Origin: Bradymonadia bacterium | GTDB taxonomy: Bacteria; Myxococcota_A; Bradymonadia; UBA7976; UBA1532 | DNA length: 64,000 bases | Reading direction: 5' to 3' | Assembly (NCBI GenBank): GCA_046290225.1 | Contig: JBKAGE010000051.1 | Coordinates: 12,636-76,635, forward strand | Shown: piece by piece, positions 1-10,180 of the stretch | Layout of the letters: every line of letters starts with the position of its first letter | How positions within the stretch are numbered: position 1 is the first letter of the stretch | The notes under the pieces: model-generated | What the model was told of the DNA's origin: nothing | Databases searched by the model: none | Seen by the model: only the letters and a program-made list of their open reading frames with translations | Program-made: the position numbers and the translations under genes

Positions 1-671
1 GATGGCTCAAGCGCCTTCGTGGCGAGCCGGCCATGAGGGAATTGATCGAAGATGCTGGCTTCGTGGTTGCACGCGTCAGAGTTCGCCCGCTCTTTATCTG
101 TGAAAATCGGCCCGGTGTCGTCGACGTGCCATGTGCGATCGAGCACGTGTGCTGTCTCACATGAGTGTGCGTCAGCAGGGCGCTCGCGACTTTCGATGAG
201 GGAGACTCGAACCTGGAGTTGCCCCACGCCATAGCGCCTGTGCACCTGACGCTCGGTGACATATGGCTCGTCGATCTCAGTGGCGGTACGGGCGCCCTCG
301 GCAGCGGGCAGCTCGAAAGAGAGCATGCACTGACGATGCGGATCCCACCCCCAGAGCCGGGGTGCTGAGATGTCTTGTGGAGAGAAGGGCAGGGCCAGCC
401 CGATGGGCGCCTTCGCGCTCATGAGCCAATGGAGATCGTCGCCGCCTGATGTGCCGCACGCGCCCTTCTCCAGCAGAGGTGTCGCGGCCTTGAGCCAGGC
501 TGCGTCGAGGGCAGGGTGTATCAGGAAGCGCCCAGGCAGAGACATCCACTCGCCTTGTTCGAGCGCTTGCCGGAGCTTCGGCAGGTTCTCGGGGAGCGGG
601 GGAGTCGCTTGAGCGAACGGTGCGAGCCCAACTGCTGCATAGAGCGGGAGCAGGATCTTGAGAGCCTTCAT
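1..671 (-). CDS. Secreted hypothetical protein, partial (runs off the left edge); paralog of 726..2180
   Basis: Absent from the ORF track. Manual translation from ATG 671 (alternative 689) gives MKALKILLPLYAAVGLAPFAQA (signal peptide-like)...PGRFLIHPALDAAW...HWLMSAKAPIGLAL...LWGWDPHRQC, with no stop before base 1. It aligns by eye with the neighbouring protein. Confidence 0.75.
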   Translation of the reverse strand, partial: MKALKILLPLYAAVGLAPFAQATPPLPENLPKLRQALEQGEWMSLPGRFLIHPALDAAWLKAATPLLEKGACGTSGGDDLHWLMSAKAPIGLALPFSPQDISAPRLWGWDPHRQCMLSFELPAAEGARTATEIDEPYVTERQVHRRYGVGQLQVRVSLIESRERPADAHSCETAHVLDRTWHVDDTGPIFTDKERANSDACNHEASIFDQFPHGRLATKALEP

Positions 672-725
672 CGTGACACCCCAGAGCATGGTTCATTGGG
701 TCTATACAGGCTCAGAGGTGGGTTC

Positions 726-2180
726 TCACGGAGAAGATGTCCGGGTGAGTGAGGCGAGCCTCCGAGTCACCGTCTTGTTGGGGCGACGGGCCAGGCTGGC
801 GTGGTACATCAACGCGGCGACGAGCGGGCGTTTCTGATCTTCGGCCACCCGGCCGAGGTTGTAGAGGCAGGCTCCCGTGGTGCGCTGCCGAGCTGACAAA
901 CGCAGGCACTCTGCCCCTGCCGAGATCGCCGCCTCGAGCGCGCCAGCTGCGTGGTTGAAGACCGTCAGCTCGCCGTATGCCCCTGCGCGACCTGAATCAG
1001 GGGATTCCACACGGGTCAACGCGATGACCAGAGACGTCGCCGCCGCCTTGGGGTCTTTCTTTGCCTGAGCACGGGCGGCTCGTAGAGCGGCCTTCAGCTT
1101 GGGTGAGGGGGTCGACTCGCCGGGGACCGCTTTGAGCCGATCAAGGCCCATGAAGGTCACGTCACATTCTGCGTGCCTGGCGCCCAGCCACTCTGTGACC
1201 AGCGTGGGGCCACCGCCGAGGTGCCATCGGCGCAGCGCCTGGGAGTCGTGTGCGCACGAGACCTCGTAATCCTCGTCGAGGCCATCCTCGTCGGCGGCCT
1301 CTGCGCCATCTGCCTCGATCGTCTCGTGACTCTGCTCGTACTGGCCGATGGTGCTTTCCTCGACAACGAAGCCCAGGGTGAGATCGCCCAGAGCCTTCGC
1401 CGTGGTGACGTCGTGATGTGCATGGCCGCTGCCCATGGTGAAGCGCTCGTAGCTCTGTTCGCTCTGGCCTCGCAGCAGCCTGGGGCTCGGGGTGAGCTGC
1501 CAGACCATCTCCTGCCGCACTGTCTCTCCGCCGCCATACTGTGTGTATTCGGAGTCGGTGGTGTGGGTGAGCCAGAGGTGCTGTTGCGCATCACGGCTGA
1601 GCTGAAGGCCCACGTCCCAGGAGACGATATCGTGCAGCTCGGTCACGCCCATCCCTTCGAGGGCTGCGTGCCGCAGTTTCATGGGCTGCTTGCCTGCGCC
1701 GCGGACTTCGACGCTCGCCGGGCTCCACTTCACCGCCAGTTTGCCCGCCGTAGTGGACCATGTTGGCTCTGAGTTGCCCTCCGAGGCGTGTGTACGATCG
1801 AAGAGTGGCTTCGATTCGGGCTGAGCGGTGAGCTGAAGGGGAGCGGATTGCACACATCGTTTCTTCGGATGCCATCGCCAGAGATGGGCCTTTGCCGGTG
1901 TCGACAAGCCGCGAGAGAGCGCGAGCCCCATGGGGTGGTGCGGGCTGAGGACCCAGTGCACATCTGCGGGCGGCGGATTGCAGGGGGCTTTGCGCAGCAA
2001 CCGCTCGCTGTATTTCGCCCAGCGATCGTCCAACGCTGGCGAGAGGTAGATGTGTCCTGGCCCCTTGAATGACAGCTGCGTCAGCATGCGCTCGATGTGC
2101 TCTGCAGGGGCATGGGTTTGACCGTGGGCTGCACCAGTGAGCAACAACAGGGCGATGACGTGTCGCAAAGATCCGTGCAT
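726..2180 (-). CDS. Secreted hypothetical protein with C-terminal TPR-like helices
   Basis: Signal peptide (LRHVIALLLLTGAAHG); C-terminal ACLYNLGRVAEDQ...YHASLARRPN is TPR-like. Confidence 0.7.
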   Translation of the reverse strand: MHGSLRHVIALLLLTGAAHGQTHAPAEHIERMLTQLSFKGPGHIYLSPALDDRWAKYSERLLRKAPCNPPPADVHWVLSPHHPMGLALSRGLSTPAKAHLWRWHPKKRCVQSAPLQLTAQPESKPLFDRTHASEGNSEPTWSTTAGKLAVKWSPASVEVRGAGKQPMKLRHAALEGMGVTELHDIVSWDVGLQLSRDAQQHLWLTHTTDSEYTQYGGGETVRQEMVWQLTPSPRLLRGQSEQSYERFTMGSGHAHHDVTTAKALGDLTLGFVVEESTIGQYEQSHETIEADGAEAADEDGLDEDYEVSCAHDSQALRRWHLGGGPTLVTEWLGARHAECDVTFMGLDRLKAVPGESTPSPKLKAALRAARAQAKKDPKAAATSLVIALTRVESPDSGRAGAYGELTVFNHAAGALEAAISAGAECLRLSARQRTTGACLYNLGRVAEDQKRPLVAALMYHASLARRPNKTVTRRLASLTRTSSP

Positions 2181-2275
2181 GTTCAGAGCGCCTCCAAGCG
2201 GGCCTTTACGGTGGCGTTGGGCCGTCTGAGCAGGCTGCCGTGATAGAGCAGCGCCGCCTTCTCACAGATGCCTGA

Positions 2276-3682
2276 TCAATTCACGCCCTTGATGTTGGCC
2301 ACGGGATACAACCGTCGGGAGACCTCGGCTATGCCTTCGTCTACCAGCACCTGCAGAACCGCGTCGAGATCCTTGTAGACGTGACCACACTCGTCGAGGG
2401 GGGTGCGATCGGTGTTGCCCACGATGCCAGTGATACGCACCCCGCCGAGCGTGCGGGTCAGCGTGCGCATCTCGTGGTCGATCTCGTCGTGGCGGTGTTT
2501 CAGCTCCTTCTTTGCGGCGCTTCGGCTCAGATGGCGCCCGGAGCCGTGATTCACCGAGTTGCCCGAGCGGGTGGCCCCGTGCTTCGGGAACAAGATCGCC
2601 GCCCCGGCGAGCATCGAGCCCGGAATCAAGATCGGGTGGCCCGTCTTCTCCCATTTGGTCTTCTTCAGCGCCGGGTGCCCCGCGGGGAAGGCCCGGGTGG
2701 CGCCCTTGCGGTGTACGAAGCCCTGGGTGGTGCCGCCGCCGGGCAGCAACAGGGTCTCTTCTTGTACGAGGTTGTGGCTGATCTCGTAATACACCTCGAG
2801 ATCAGCGCCGAGGGCTTCTCGGGTGGCCTCGCGGACCCGCTGCACGATGGTGTGGCGGTTGGCGATGGCGTAGTTGGCGGCGCTGTTGTGATACGCCCAG
2901 TATCGTTGACCCATGGGCTCGTCGATGTAGAGCCACGACTCTTCTCGACGGTGTGCCGGCAACCCCCGAAGGCGGGCCCCCTCGTAGAAGAAGTGGTTGG
3001 CAGTCTGCCAGCCGTACCCACGTGATCCGCAGTGCACCATCACCCAGACCGAGCCGTCGGCCTCGTCGATCTGCAGCTCGATGAAGTGGTTGCCCCCGCC
3101 CACCGAGCCCAGCTGAGGCCGGGCTTTCTGATAGGCCTTGGGGATCCGGTGCAGATCCATGTGCTCGGGCACTTCGATGTAGTGCCGCTCGCACAACGAC
3201 GAGGACACACCCAGAGCCCGAGCGCCATAGCGCAAGATGTCGTTCACCTTGCGCTTGCTCGCCCCCCGGGCCAGCGGAGGCCGGTGGTTGCCGACCCCGG
3301 TGGCCACGCGCTGCTCGACGGCGTCGACCCAACGGGACCGCGTGCTCCACTCGACGAGGTCGCTGGCGTGCAGGGTGGGGGCCCGCATGTAGACCACACC
3401 ACAGGAGATGTCGTAGCCACTCCCTGCCTGGACCAGGGTGCCGTCGGTGACCAGCACCCCACCCACGGGGATGCCGTAGCCGATATGGCAGTCGGGCATG
3501 AGGTACAGCCCCTTGGCCCCAGGGTAGCTCGCCGCCTGGGCGGCCTGCTGCCACAGACCCTCGTCGGTGCGATCGAAGAGATCGTCGCTGAGGAAGGCGT
3601 GTACGTCACAGCACATATTGCCCCGCTTCGGGAGCACGTGATGCTGATCGCTCACGCGATCGGTCGAATATTTGAGAGACAT
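2276..3682 (-). CDS. rtcB: RtcB family RNA ligase
   Basis: Motifs MPDCHxGYGIPVG, GYDISCG, GSVGGGNHFIE, HCGSRG, HN, HRKGAT, PGSM, HGSGR, DE..YKD. Confidence 0.95.
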   Translation of the reverse strand: MSLKYSTDRVSDQHHVLPKRGNMCCDVHAFLSDDLFDRTDEGLWQQAAQAASYPGAKGLYLMPDCHIGYGIPVGGVLVTDGTLVQAGSGYDISCGVVYMRAPTLHASDLVEWSTRSRWVDAVEQRVATGVGNHRPPLARGASKRKVNDILRYGARALGVSSSLCERHYIEVPEHMDLHRIPKAYQKARPQLGSVGGGNHFIELQIDEADGSVWVMVHCGSRGYGWQTANHFFYEGARLRGLPAHRREESWLYIDEPMGQRYWAYHNSAANYAIANRHTIVQRVREATREALGADLEVYYEISHNLVQEETLLLPGGGTTQGFVHRKGATRAFPAGHPALKKTKWEKTGHPILIPGSMLAGAAILFPKHGATRSGNSVNHGSGRHLSRSAAKKELKHRHDEIDHEMRTLTRTLGGVRITGIVGNTDRTPLDECGHVYKDLDAVLQVLVDEGIAEVSRRLYPVANIKGVN

Positions 3683-3703
3683 GGTGGCCTACCCCCCTGA
3701 GCA

Positions 3704-3864
3704 AGAGGTCCTAACAAAACAGCGGACCGAGTCAGGGACGTGAGGCGCGAGTGAGGCAGTTGAAAGAACCGCAGGCGATGCCAGAGCATCGTCGAGGACG
3801 GTTTCGGCTGCCTCGCGAAGTGCATCGCGTTCCTGGCGACGGGAGCGGTTATGTTAGGACCTCT
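3704..3864 (+). repeat. Rod-like hairpin / MITE-like element, copy 1, with perfect 13-bp terminal inverted repeats
   Basis: AGAGGTCCTAACA (3704) / TGTTAGGACCTCT (3852-3864). Inner arms pair using G.T, e.g. GAGGCAGTTGAAA / TTTCGGCTGCCTC. Apical CCGCAG-GCGATGC-caga-GCATCGT-CGAGGA. Confidence 0.8.
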
Positions 3865-4223
3865 AAGTCCGTATGCGTAATGCTGATGCGTGTTCGGGAT
3901 CCAACATCACGACACGGTGAACGCTCTGACCACGTGTTCGGGCCGAGTGGGTCGTTGTTGAGATGCCGAAGGGTGACCGCGCCGGGTTGCCCCTCGAATC
4001 AGAGGGGGAGCAGCTGCGGTGAATGCTGAGGCGGGAGTGTAGCGGCGGTCGAGTCGAGATGCCAACGAAGCCCACCTCATGGTGGAGGGCGTAGCAGGTT
4101 CGACGACCATCATGTCCGGTGCGGTTTCACATCATCGAAAAGATTCTGTCGACCACGCTGTAAGGCCCCAGTGACGCGCCATTGAAGAGCGCAAAGTACG
4201 TTCAGTCACGAAAGGCCCAGTAC

Positions 4224-4916
4224 ATGAAGCATACGCAATTGCTCCGCACTCTGATCGCATCACTCACCATGACCTGTGCGGTGACTGCATGTGGAGACAG
4301 CTCGAACGACTCCAGTGAGGTGGAGGGTCAAGGGGGCGCTGCTGCATCTGATGGCGCCGGCGGAGCCGTCGGTGGCCTCGCCGGCAGCTCTGACGAGGAT
4401 GGGGGTGGTGAAGCGGCGAGTCTCGAAGGTCTATATCGAGTGACGTCGCACACGGTGGCGGAAGGTGACTGTGAGGCACCTCAGCCTGTCACTGAATACT
4501 CCTCGCTCCTCTATGCCGTGAAGGGGCCGTTCCTCTTCGCGTCGAGCAGGACGATACCGGGTGAGTCGTTCAAGGAGGTGGAGTCGTGCGCATCGGCTGA
4601 GTCGTGCCCGCTGCCGGACGAAGCAGGGCTGCCCCCCGCGGTGGTGCGTTTCTTCGATCCGCAAGGGGAGGCGTGGGTGACCGAGTCCGTTGGCACGTTC
4701 TCTGAAAACTATGGAGAAGCGTGCTCCATATTGATGGTCACGTCGGTTTTGACGCCGACGGAGTCCGGGCTTCGCCTGACCAAGCGGGTCCTGTCGGCCG
4801 AGCTTGATCAGGTGAGCGAGGCCGAGTGTGAAGCCCTCGCTGAAGATCCGCCTTTCGAGATGCTCGAGTGTGACTACGACGAGGAGGTCATTGCCGAGCG
4901 CTTCGTCGCGGAGTGA
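4224..4916 (+). CDS. Hypothetical lipoprotein
   Basis: Lipobox-like VTAC, Gly/Ser-rich linker, Cys pairs. Confidence 0.7.
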   Translation: MKHTQLLRTLIASLTMTCAVTACGDSSNDSSEVEGQGGAAASDGAGGAVGGLAGSSDEDGGGEAASLEGLYRVTSHTVAEGDCEAPQPVTEYSSLLYAVKGPFLFASSRTIPGESFKEVESCASAESCPLPDEAGLPPAVVRFFDPQGEAWVTESVGTFSENYGEACSILMVTSVLTPTESGLRLTKRVLSAELDQVSEAECEALAEDPPFEMLECDYDEEVIAERFVAE

Positions 4917-5033
4917 GTGCGGCCAGGGCACGATGAGTCGGTCACATCGCGTTCAAGCCTGGTTTGATGTTCAGGCCTGTAAGAACCATGCCGCCCATGG
5001 GTCAGGCAGATCGTACATCGACGAGGAGACACG

Positions 5034-5732
5034 ATGAAGCTCAGCCTGATCATACTCATCTCTCTCATCTACTCGGGGTGCCTGACTGCCTGTGAGAGCG
5101 ACCCCGACGTCATGCCTGCTGACGAGGCAGCCGACGCCAGCCCTATGGGCGGTACACCCGCCACAGGTGGAGCAGGTGACGCCACCGAAGGGCCGCCAGA
5201 CGGTGACGTGCTCACCGAGCCGGGATCTCGCCTCTCGGCGCCCGAAGTGCATCGCCCCGAAGCGGCCGCGTGTGATCGAGAGCGCCCTGAAGATCCCTTC
5301 GACGCTTCTGGGCTCGAGGGCGACCAGCCTGGAGTCATGTGCCTGAGCCATGCAGACTGTGATGCAGGGGTGAATGGTCGCTGCGTGCACACGCGCTTCG
5401 GCACTGAGTGTACCTATGATGATTGCTTCACCGACAGTGATTGCGCCGACGACGAGGTGTGTACGTGCGGCGGTACACCTGGGCTACCCCACGGCAACAA
5501 CGTCTGCCTACAAGCATGGTGCAGGCTCGACTCCGACTGCGGAGCGGGCCGCTACTGCTCACCGAACGTATACGGATGTGAGCTGGTGGGCTGGGTGTGT
5601 CATACCCCCCAGGACACATGCTCTACTCAGAACGACTGCGAAGACACGGAGAGCCCGGAGGGTTCATTCTGTGGCTACTCAAACGGCGACTCGCGGTGGA
5701 TGTGCATCAGCGCGTCCACCTGTGCCGGGTGA
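5034..5732 (+). CDS. Cysteine-rich lipoprotein
   Basis: Lipobox LTAC; repeated CxxDxDC-type motifs. Confidence 0.75.
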   Translation: MKLSLIILISLIYSGCLTACESDPDVMPADEAADASPMGGTPATGGAGDATEGPPDGDVLTEPGSRLSAPEVHRPEAAACDRERPEDPFDASGLEGDQPGVMCLSHADCDAGVNGRCVHTRFGTECTYDDCFTDSDCADDEVCTCGGTPGLPHGNNVCLQAWCRLDSDCGAGRYCSPNVYGCELVGWVCHTPQDTCSTQNDCEDTESPEGSFCGYSNGDSRWMCISASTCAG

Positions 5733-5742
5733 GCGAGCGGGG

Positions 5743-6576
5743 CTACCGCCCGTTGCAGTTGATGATGAGCCTGAAGCTCGAGCACGCGGTGCTGATGTCC
5801 GCGGCGGCTTGATAGGGTCGCGGCGTACCGCAGTGCTCGAAGCGATCATCCCACGCGTCGCCCGTGGGCAGATCGAGGAACCCGCCGCCGTACGACAACC
5901 AGACATCGACGGGATAGTCCACGCTGTGGTTGTTGTAGGTGAGACTCAGGCGCTGGCCACGGGGCACATCGAAGCTCTCCGGCACCACGCGCATGTTGCA
6001 GAAGTTGTCGACGAAGATGTCCACCTGACCTTCGGCGACACTGGGCACACAAACGCCTACATCAGTGAGGATGAAGTCTTCGACACACGTGCCTTGTGGT
6101 ACGCAGCGGCCGTCTCCGCCATCGTGAGTGCCGAGGCAGTCGGCGGTGACGCCGTCATCACACATTTCATCGCCTTCGACGACGCCGTCACCACACTCGA
6201 CCAACGGCTCGGCATCAGGCACCTCGGCGTCGGGCTGCTCTGCGTCAGGCGAGTCTGCATCGGGGGCGTCGGCGTCAGGCAGGTCCATGTCGGCTGAGAG
6301 CGTGGCGTCGGTGGCTACATCCGAGTCAGCCATCAGATCGGGCAACTCGGCGTCAGCTGAGCGTGCATCAGCGCTCGGGGTGTCGGCATCGACCACCACA
6401 CCACCATCAGCATCACCTCCGCCTTGGCCTGGTGTCTGTGCATCCATCTCTGTGGGGATGCCTCCCGTGGACATGTCGATGGGCGACACTGCCCTCCGGC
6501 CGACGTTGTCCTCACAGGCCACACAGAGCAGGGCGCACATCGAGCATCGAATCAGGGGCCATCGAATCTCGTACAT
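5743..6576 (-). CDS. Lipoprotein with acidic DA-repeat linker, myxococcal Cys-rich repeat and possible cupredoxin-like C-terminal domain
   Basis: CVAC lipobox; CGDGVVEGDEMCDDG; VVPESFDVPRGQRLSLTYNNHS resembles the start of a cupredoxin fold. Confidence 0.65.
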   Translation of the reverse strand: MYEIRWPLIRCSMCALLCVACEDNVGRRAVSPIDMSTGGIPTEMDAQTPGQGGGDADGGVVVDADTPSADARSADAELPDLMADSDVATDATLSADMDLPDADAPDADSPDAEQPDAEVPDAEPLVECGDGVVEGDEMCDDGVTADCLGTHDGGDGRCVPQGTCVEDFILTDVGVCVPSVAEGQVDIFVDNFCNMRVVPESFDVPRGQRLSLTYNNHSVDYPVDVWLSYGGGFLDLPTGDAWDDRFEHCGTPRPYQAAADISTACSSFRLIINCNGR

Positions 6577-6668
6577 GGGCTGGCCTTGGCAGAAATGAGT
6601 GATAGTTTTCGGCGAGCATCGTACACATCATCGACGCGCAGGCATCCCCCTTACACAGGAGCACCGCC

Positions 6669-7367
6669 ATGCATCGAGACGAAACCTCCAAGGGATTGCG
6701 GCGCCGCGACGCCCTTGCCGGCCTCGCCACCCTCGCCGTGGGCACCCCAGCGCTGGCCCCGGCGCTGGCCTCAGCGAAGCCCCTCACCACCACCCCTGCT
6801 GTCTCCGGCGAGCGACCGAGCGATGTGCACCCGCTCCTTGTGGGGCAGAAAATTCCCGATGTGATGGCCCTCGACCTCGACGGCAAGGCTGTGAGCCTGC
6901 GGGCCCTCGCCGCAGAGCGGCACACCATTTTCGTGTTCTTCCGAGGAGGGTGGTGCCCGTACTGCACACGGCAGATGAGTCAGCTCAAGTCCATCGAGGC
7001 GCCACTCAAGCAGGCGGGGTGGCAGATCGTGGGCATCACCGCGGAGCCCCTGGAGCGTTTCCAGACGCAAGCGAGCAAGCTCGACTTGCCATACCGGCTC
7101 CTCGCCGACGATCAGTTCAAGGTCTCCACAGCCTTCGGGCTCACCTACAAGGTCAAGCCCCAGGACATCGGCGGACCACCAGGCATCGAATATTGGCGGC
7201 AGCTCTACAAAGTGGGCCCCGAGGTCGACCCGGTGCTGCCCGTGCCAGCAGTCTTTGCCGTGCACCCCAAAGGGCTGGTGCTGCACCAGTATGTCAACGT
7301 GGACTACACCGTGCGCCTGAGCGGCGAGGTGCTGCTCACCGTGGCCAAGGTATACGGACCTGCATGA
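6669..7367 (+). CDS. Tat-exported AhpC/TSA (peroxiredoxin-like) redoxin
   Basis: Twin-arginine signal LRRRDAL; FFRGGWCPYC; LPVPAVF. Confidence 0.85.
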   Translation: MHRDETSKGLRRRDALAGLATLAVGTPALAPALASAKPLTTTPAVSGERPSDVHPLLVGQKIPDVMALDLDGKAVSLRALAAERHTIFVFFRGGWCPYCTRQMSQLKSIEAPLKQAGWQIVGITAEPLERFQTQASKLDLPYRLLADDQFKVSTAFGLTYKVKPQDIGGPPGIEYWRQLYKVGPEVDPVLPVPAVFAVHPKGLVLHQYVNVDYTVRLSGEVLLTVAKVYGPA

Positions 7368-8086
7368 TGCGGAAGTTGTTGTGCGCGTTGATGCTGGTGT
7401 CGTCGTCTGCTTTTGCTCAAGAGGCCGCCACAGGTGAAAACTCTTCGGCGTCCGAGCCTGATGAGATCACGCCTTCGGCGCCTGCCATTGAGCCGCGGCC
7501 GATCGACACGAACGCCGTGGCACCCACCACCGAGCCGGAGCCCTTCGACGAGGTCGTGCCCCGCATGTTCGGGGAAGATCGCGCCGAGGTGATCCTCACC
7601 GAGTCGGTGGTGCGCCCTGATCGGTGGTGGCTGCAGGGCGGGGCTGCCGTGGCTATCTACGATGCGCGCCGCGAGGTGGCCCTGGTGCGCTGGAGCCCCG
7701 GCGTGCTCGGCGGCTACCGATGGACCCATGTGGGGGTCTTCGGCATGCTCGAGCTCGACCAGACCTTCGACTTCACCCTGGAGACCGAGCGCCTCGATGT
7801 GGCCAACATCGGGGTGGGCATCGAGACTCTGGGGTTCTTGGGTCACGTGCGCAGCAGCTTCGCCGTCGGGGCCAGCGTGCTGCTCTCCGACACCGCCATC
7901 GACGAGGCCGGTGAGGTGGGCTGGTTCATCGATATGCGCCCAGGGGGTTTGCGGTGGGCCCTCGGTGAGCAGACCCTGCTCGAGCTGACGCCCATCGCTT
8001 TCGATGTCATCGTGCCGGTCATCGAGGGGTTGCCCCTCATCGTGCTCTCGTACACCACCGTGCTCACCGTGGAGTTCAATCTATGA
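7364..8086 (+). CDS. Secreted / probable outer-membrane beta-barrel protein
   Basis: ATG 7364 overlaps the upstream stop; signal peptide MMRKLLCALMLVSSSAFA; amphipathic beta-strands ending VEFNL. Confidence 0.65.
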   Translation: MMRKLLCALMLVSSSAFAQEAATGENSSASEPDEITPSAPAIEPRPIDTNAVAPTTEPEPFDEVVPRMFGEDRAEVILTESVVRPDRWWLQGGAAVAIYDARREVALVRWSPGVLGGYRWTHVGVFGMLELDQTFDFTLETERLDVANIGVGIETLGFLGHVRSSFAVGASVLLSDTAIDEAGEVGWFIDMRPGGLRWALGEQTLLELTPIAFDVIVPVIEGLPLIVLSYTTVLTVEFNL

Positions 8087-9213
8087 GCGTACGGACTGGA
8101 AGGTGGATGGCGGCTGTGTGCGCGCTGGCTGTGTGGGCGAGCGCGGGAGCGGCGTGGGGTTTTCAGATTCTCACGCCGGCGAGCGAGCCATGCCACGAGC
8201 GGCTGATGCTCGGCGCCCTCGATCTCGCCTCGGCGCCGTTCTCTGCAGAAGACGACACCTCGCTGGCGCCTCTGCTCGACACGATGGTGGCCGAAGTGGA
8301 GCGTCACGGGTTCCCCAACGACAAAGCCACACGGGGGTTCGTCCGGGATGTGGCGGAGCTCTACGGCTTCGAACATCTCACTGGGGCTCGGCGCTATGTG
8401 GTGGCCTCGTTCATCATCGGCGTGCGGGCACCTGATACCGATGGCTTTGCGGTCGTCCAGCTCAACGAGGTGCGCACCACGCACATCGATGACGACAAAC
8501 AGGGTGTGCACTCTTTGAGGCGGTCGTTCGATGACGGCCCTGAGGGGAACCTCGAGGCCATCGTCAACACCCAGGAAGAGCTCAAGACCAGGTTTGAAGA
8601 GATGTCGGCGTTGTGGCGTGCCGATGATCCGTTCATCAAGGCGCGGTGGACCTTCCCGTTCTACGGAGAGGCAGAGGTCTGGGTGTATGGCCCCGCCATG
8701 CGCCTCGGAGAGATGGCCCACACCACACAGGACGCCTTCACGCACACACTGCGAGATGCAGATCTGCAGATCGTCACCGTGCTCAACTTCGTCGATCCCG
8801 TGCTCGCCCGGGACAAAGAGGGCCGCGACGGGCTGCCTCACTCCGATCGACTCGACGAGTGTGATGTCCCTGGTGATGACTTCGATGTGGTGCGCGTCAC
8901 CGCGGCTCGCCTCGCCACCGTCGACCTGCTCAACGAAGCGTTCTTGGCCTTGGAGGCTGCCCACAGTCAGGGCGGCCCTGTAGATGGCGCGGCGCTCGAT
9001 CCGGCCTTGGGGCGTATCTATCGGTACCGCCCGGGGTGCGAAGCCAGCAACGCCTACTGTGACACCACCTGGCTCGGCCCTGCGCGAGAGGGCTTCACCG
9101 AGCCGATCCGTCTCTGGTTCTGCAGCGCCCGAGCAGCGACGCCGTTGCCGATGTCGATGTGGATCCTCGTGTTGTCGTGCTGTGCCCTTTACCTGCGCAG
9201 ACAGAGACGATGA
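8083..9213 (+). CDS. Secreted protein with MYXO-CTERM-like tail; possible Zn-dependent phospholipase C/P1 nuclease-like fold
   Basis: Signal peptide; CHE and GEMAHTTQDAFTH (HxxxD) motifs; C-terminus Cys + hydrophobic stretch + RRQRR. Confidence 0.6.
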   Translation: MSVRTGRWMAAVCALAVWASAGAAWGFQILTPASEPCHERLMLGALDLASAPFSAEDDTSLAPLLDTMVAEVERHGFPNDKATRGFVRDVAELYGFEHLTGARRYVVASFIIGVRAPDTDGFAVVQLNEVRTTHIDDDKQGVHSLRRSFDDGPEGNLEAIVNTQEELKTRFEEMSALWRADDPFIKARWTFPFYGEAEVWVYGPAMRLGEMAHTTQDAFTHTLRDADLQIVTVLNFVDPVLARDKEGRDGLPHSDRLDECDVPGDDFDVVRVTAARLATVDLLNEAFLALEAAHSQGGPVDGAALDPALGRIYRYRPGCEASNAYCDTTWLGPAREGFTEPIRLWFCSARAATPLPMSMWILVLSCCALYLRRQRR

Positions 9214-10121
9214 AGTGCACACTCGTGCTGATGCTGCTGGTGGTCTTCGGCGGGCCATCCTCCGCGCAACGGATGGTCGAGGGTCCCGCCATACTGGATT
9301 ACAGCTACTACCCAGCGGTGGTTTCTGAGCAACCTGGCGATGACCAGCCTCGAAGCCACAGGCACCTGCAAGAGATCTTCGCGGCTGTGGGCTTGCCGGT
9401 GGTGCACAAGAGCTCGAAGACTCTGATCTTCCCGGCGCTGCAATACTCTGTGCTCTTGCCAGAAGACACTGGGAACACACGGGAGTTGGACGCTCTGCAC
9501 AACCCCATGTTGCAGGTGCTCGTGGTGCATGAACTCTCGGCGTCGTGGCAGGGCATGCTCATCGCTGGCGGCGGGCTGGCCTCTGATCTCGGTGGCAAAG
9601 TGACCGCTGACGACTGGATGTACCGTGTCAGCGCTTTGGCGAGTTATCAGTTCAATCCCGACTTCCGCCTCGGCGCCGGGGTGGACTATGACCGTCGCAC
9701 CGGCGAGTTGAGACCTCTGCCCCTCGTGGCGCTCGACTGGCACTTCTCGGAGACACTGCGCCTGAGCGGCGTGGTCCCTGCTCGGGTGATGTTCGCGTGG
9801 AGGGCGGCGCCCTCGCTCACCATGGCCCTCGCCGGCAGCCTCACAGGGAACCGTTACCACATAAGCGAAGAGCGCGTGGGGGTAGAAGACGCCGAGCTTG
9901 CTTACTCCATGGCGCGGGTGGGCCCGACTGTCGTGTGGCACATCCATCCGATGCTGCACTTCAGGGCACAGGCAGGCGCTACGATCCTGCGCCGATACGA
10001 GGTCTTCATCGGCGACGAGCGGCGCGGCGACGGCAGTCTCGACAACGGCCCGTTCTTCGGGGTGAGGCTCAGGGTGGGCCCGAGTGGCTGGCGCTCGGAC
10101 GCCCCCGAGCCCATGTTTTGA
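9210..10121 (+). CDS. Outer-membrane beta-barrel protein (DUF6268-like)
   Basis: ATG overlaps the upstream stop; signal peptide; GLASDL, PLPLVALDW, aromatic amphipathic strands. Confidence 0.6.
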   Translation: MKCTLVLMLLVVFGGPSSAQRMVEGPAILDYSYYPAVVSEQPGDDQPRSHRHLQEIFAAVGLPVVHKSSKTLIFPALQYSVLLPEDTGNTRELDALHNPMLQVLVVHELSASWQGMLIAGGGLASDLGGKVTADDWMYRVSALASYQFNPDFRLGAGVDYDRRTGELRPLPLVALDWHFSETLRLSGVVPARVMFAWRAAPSLTMALAGSLTGNRYHISEERVGVEDAELAYSMARVGPTVVWHIHPMLHFRAQAGATILRRYEVFIGDERRGDGSLDNGPFFGVRLRVGPSGWRSDAPEPMF

Positions 10122-10180
10122 TTGTCAGACCTCTATAAAAACGCTATCCCACAACGCATTACGATGTGTGGAGGTGTGAT

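Noticed and set aside
3704..3864. Canonical integron attC site (TAAC...GTTA ends)
   Set aside because: The ends do not fit RYYYAAC/GTTRRRY exactly, the other two copies lack AAC/GTT, and no integrase is present.
4085..4115. tRNA or Y-RNA suggested by GGTTCGA
   Set aside because: No cloverleaf, acceptor stem or CCA end could be built.
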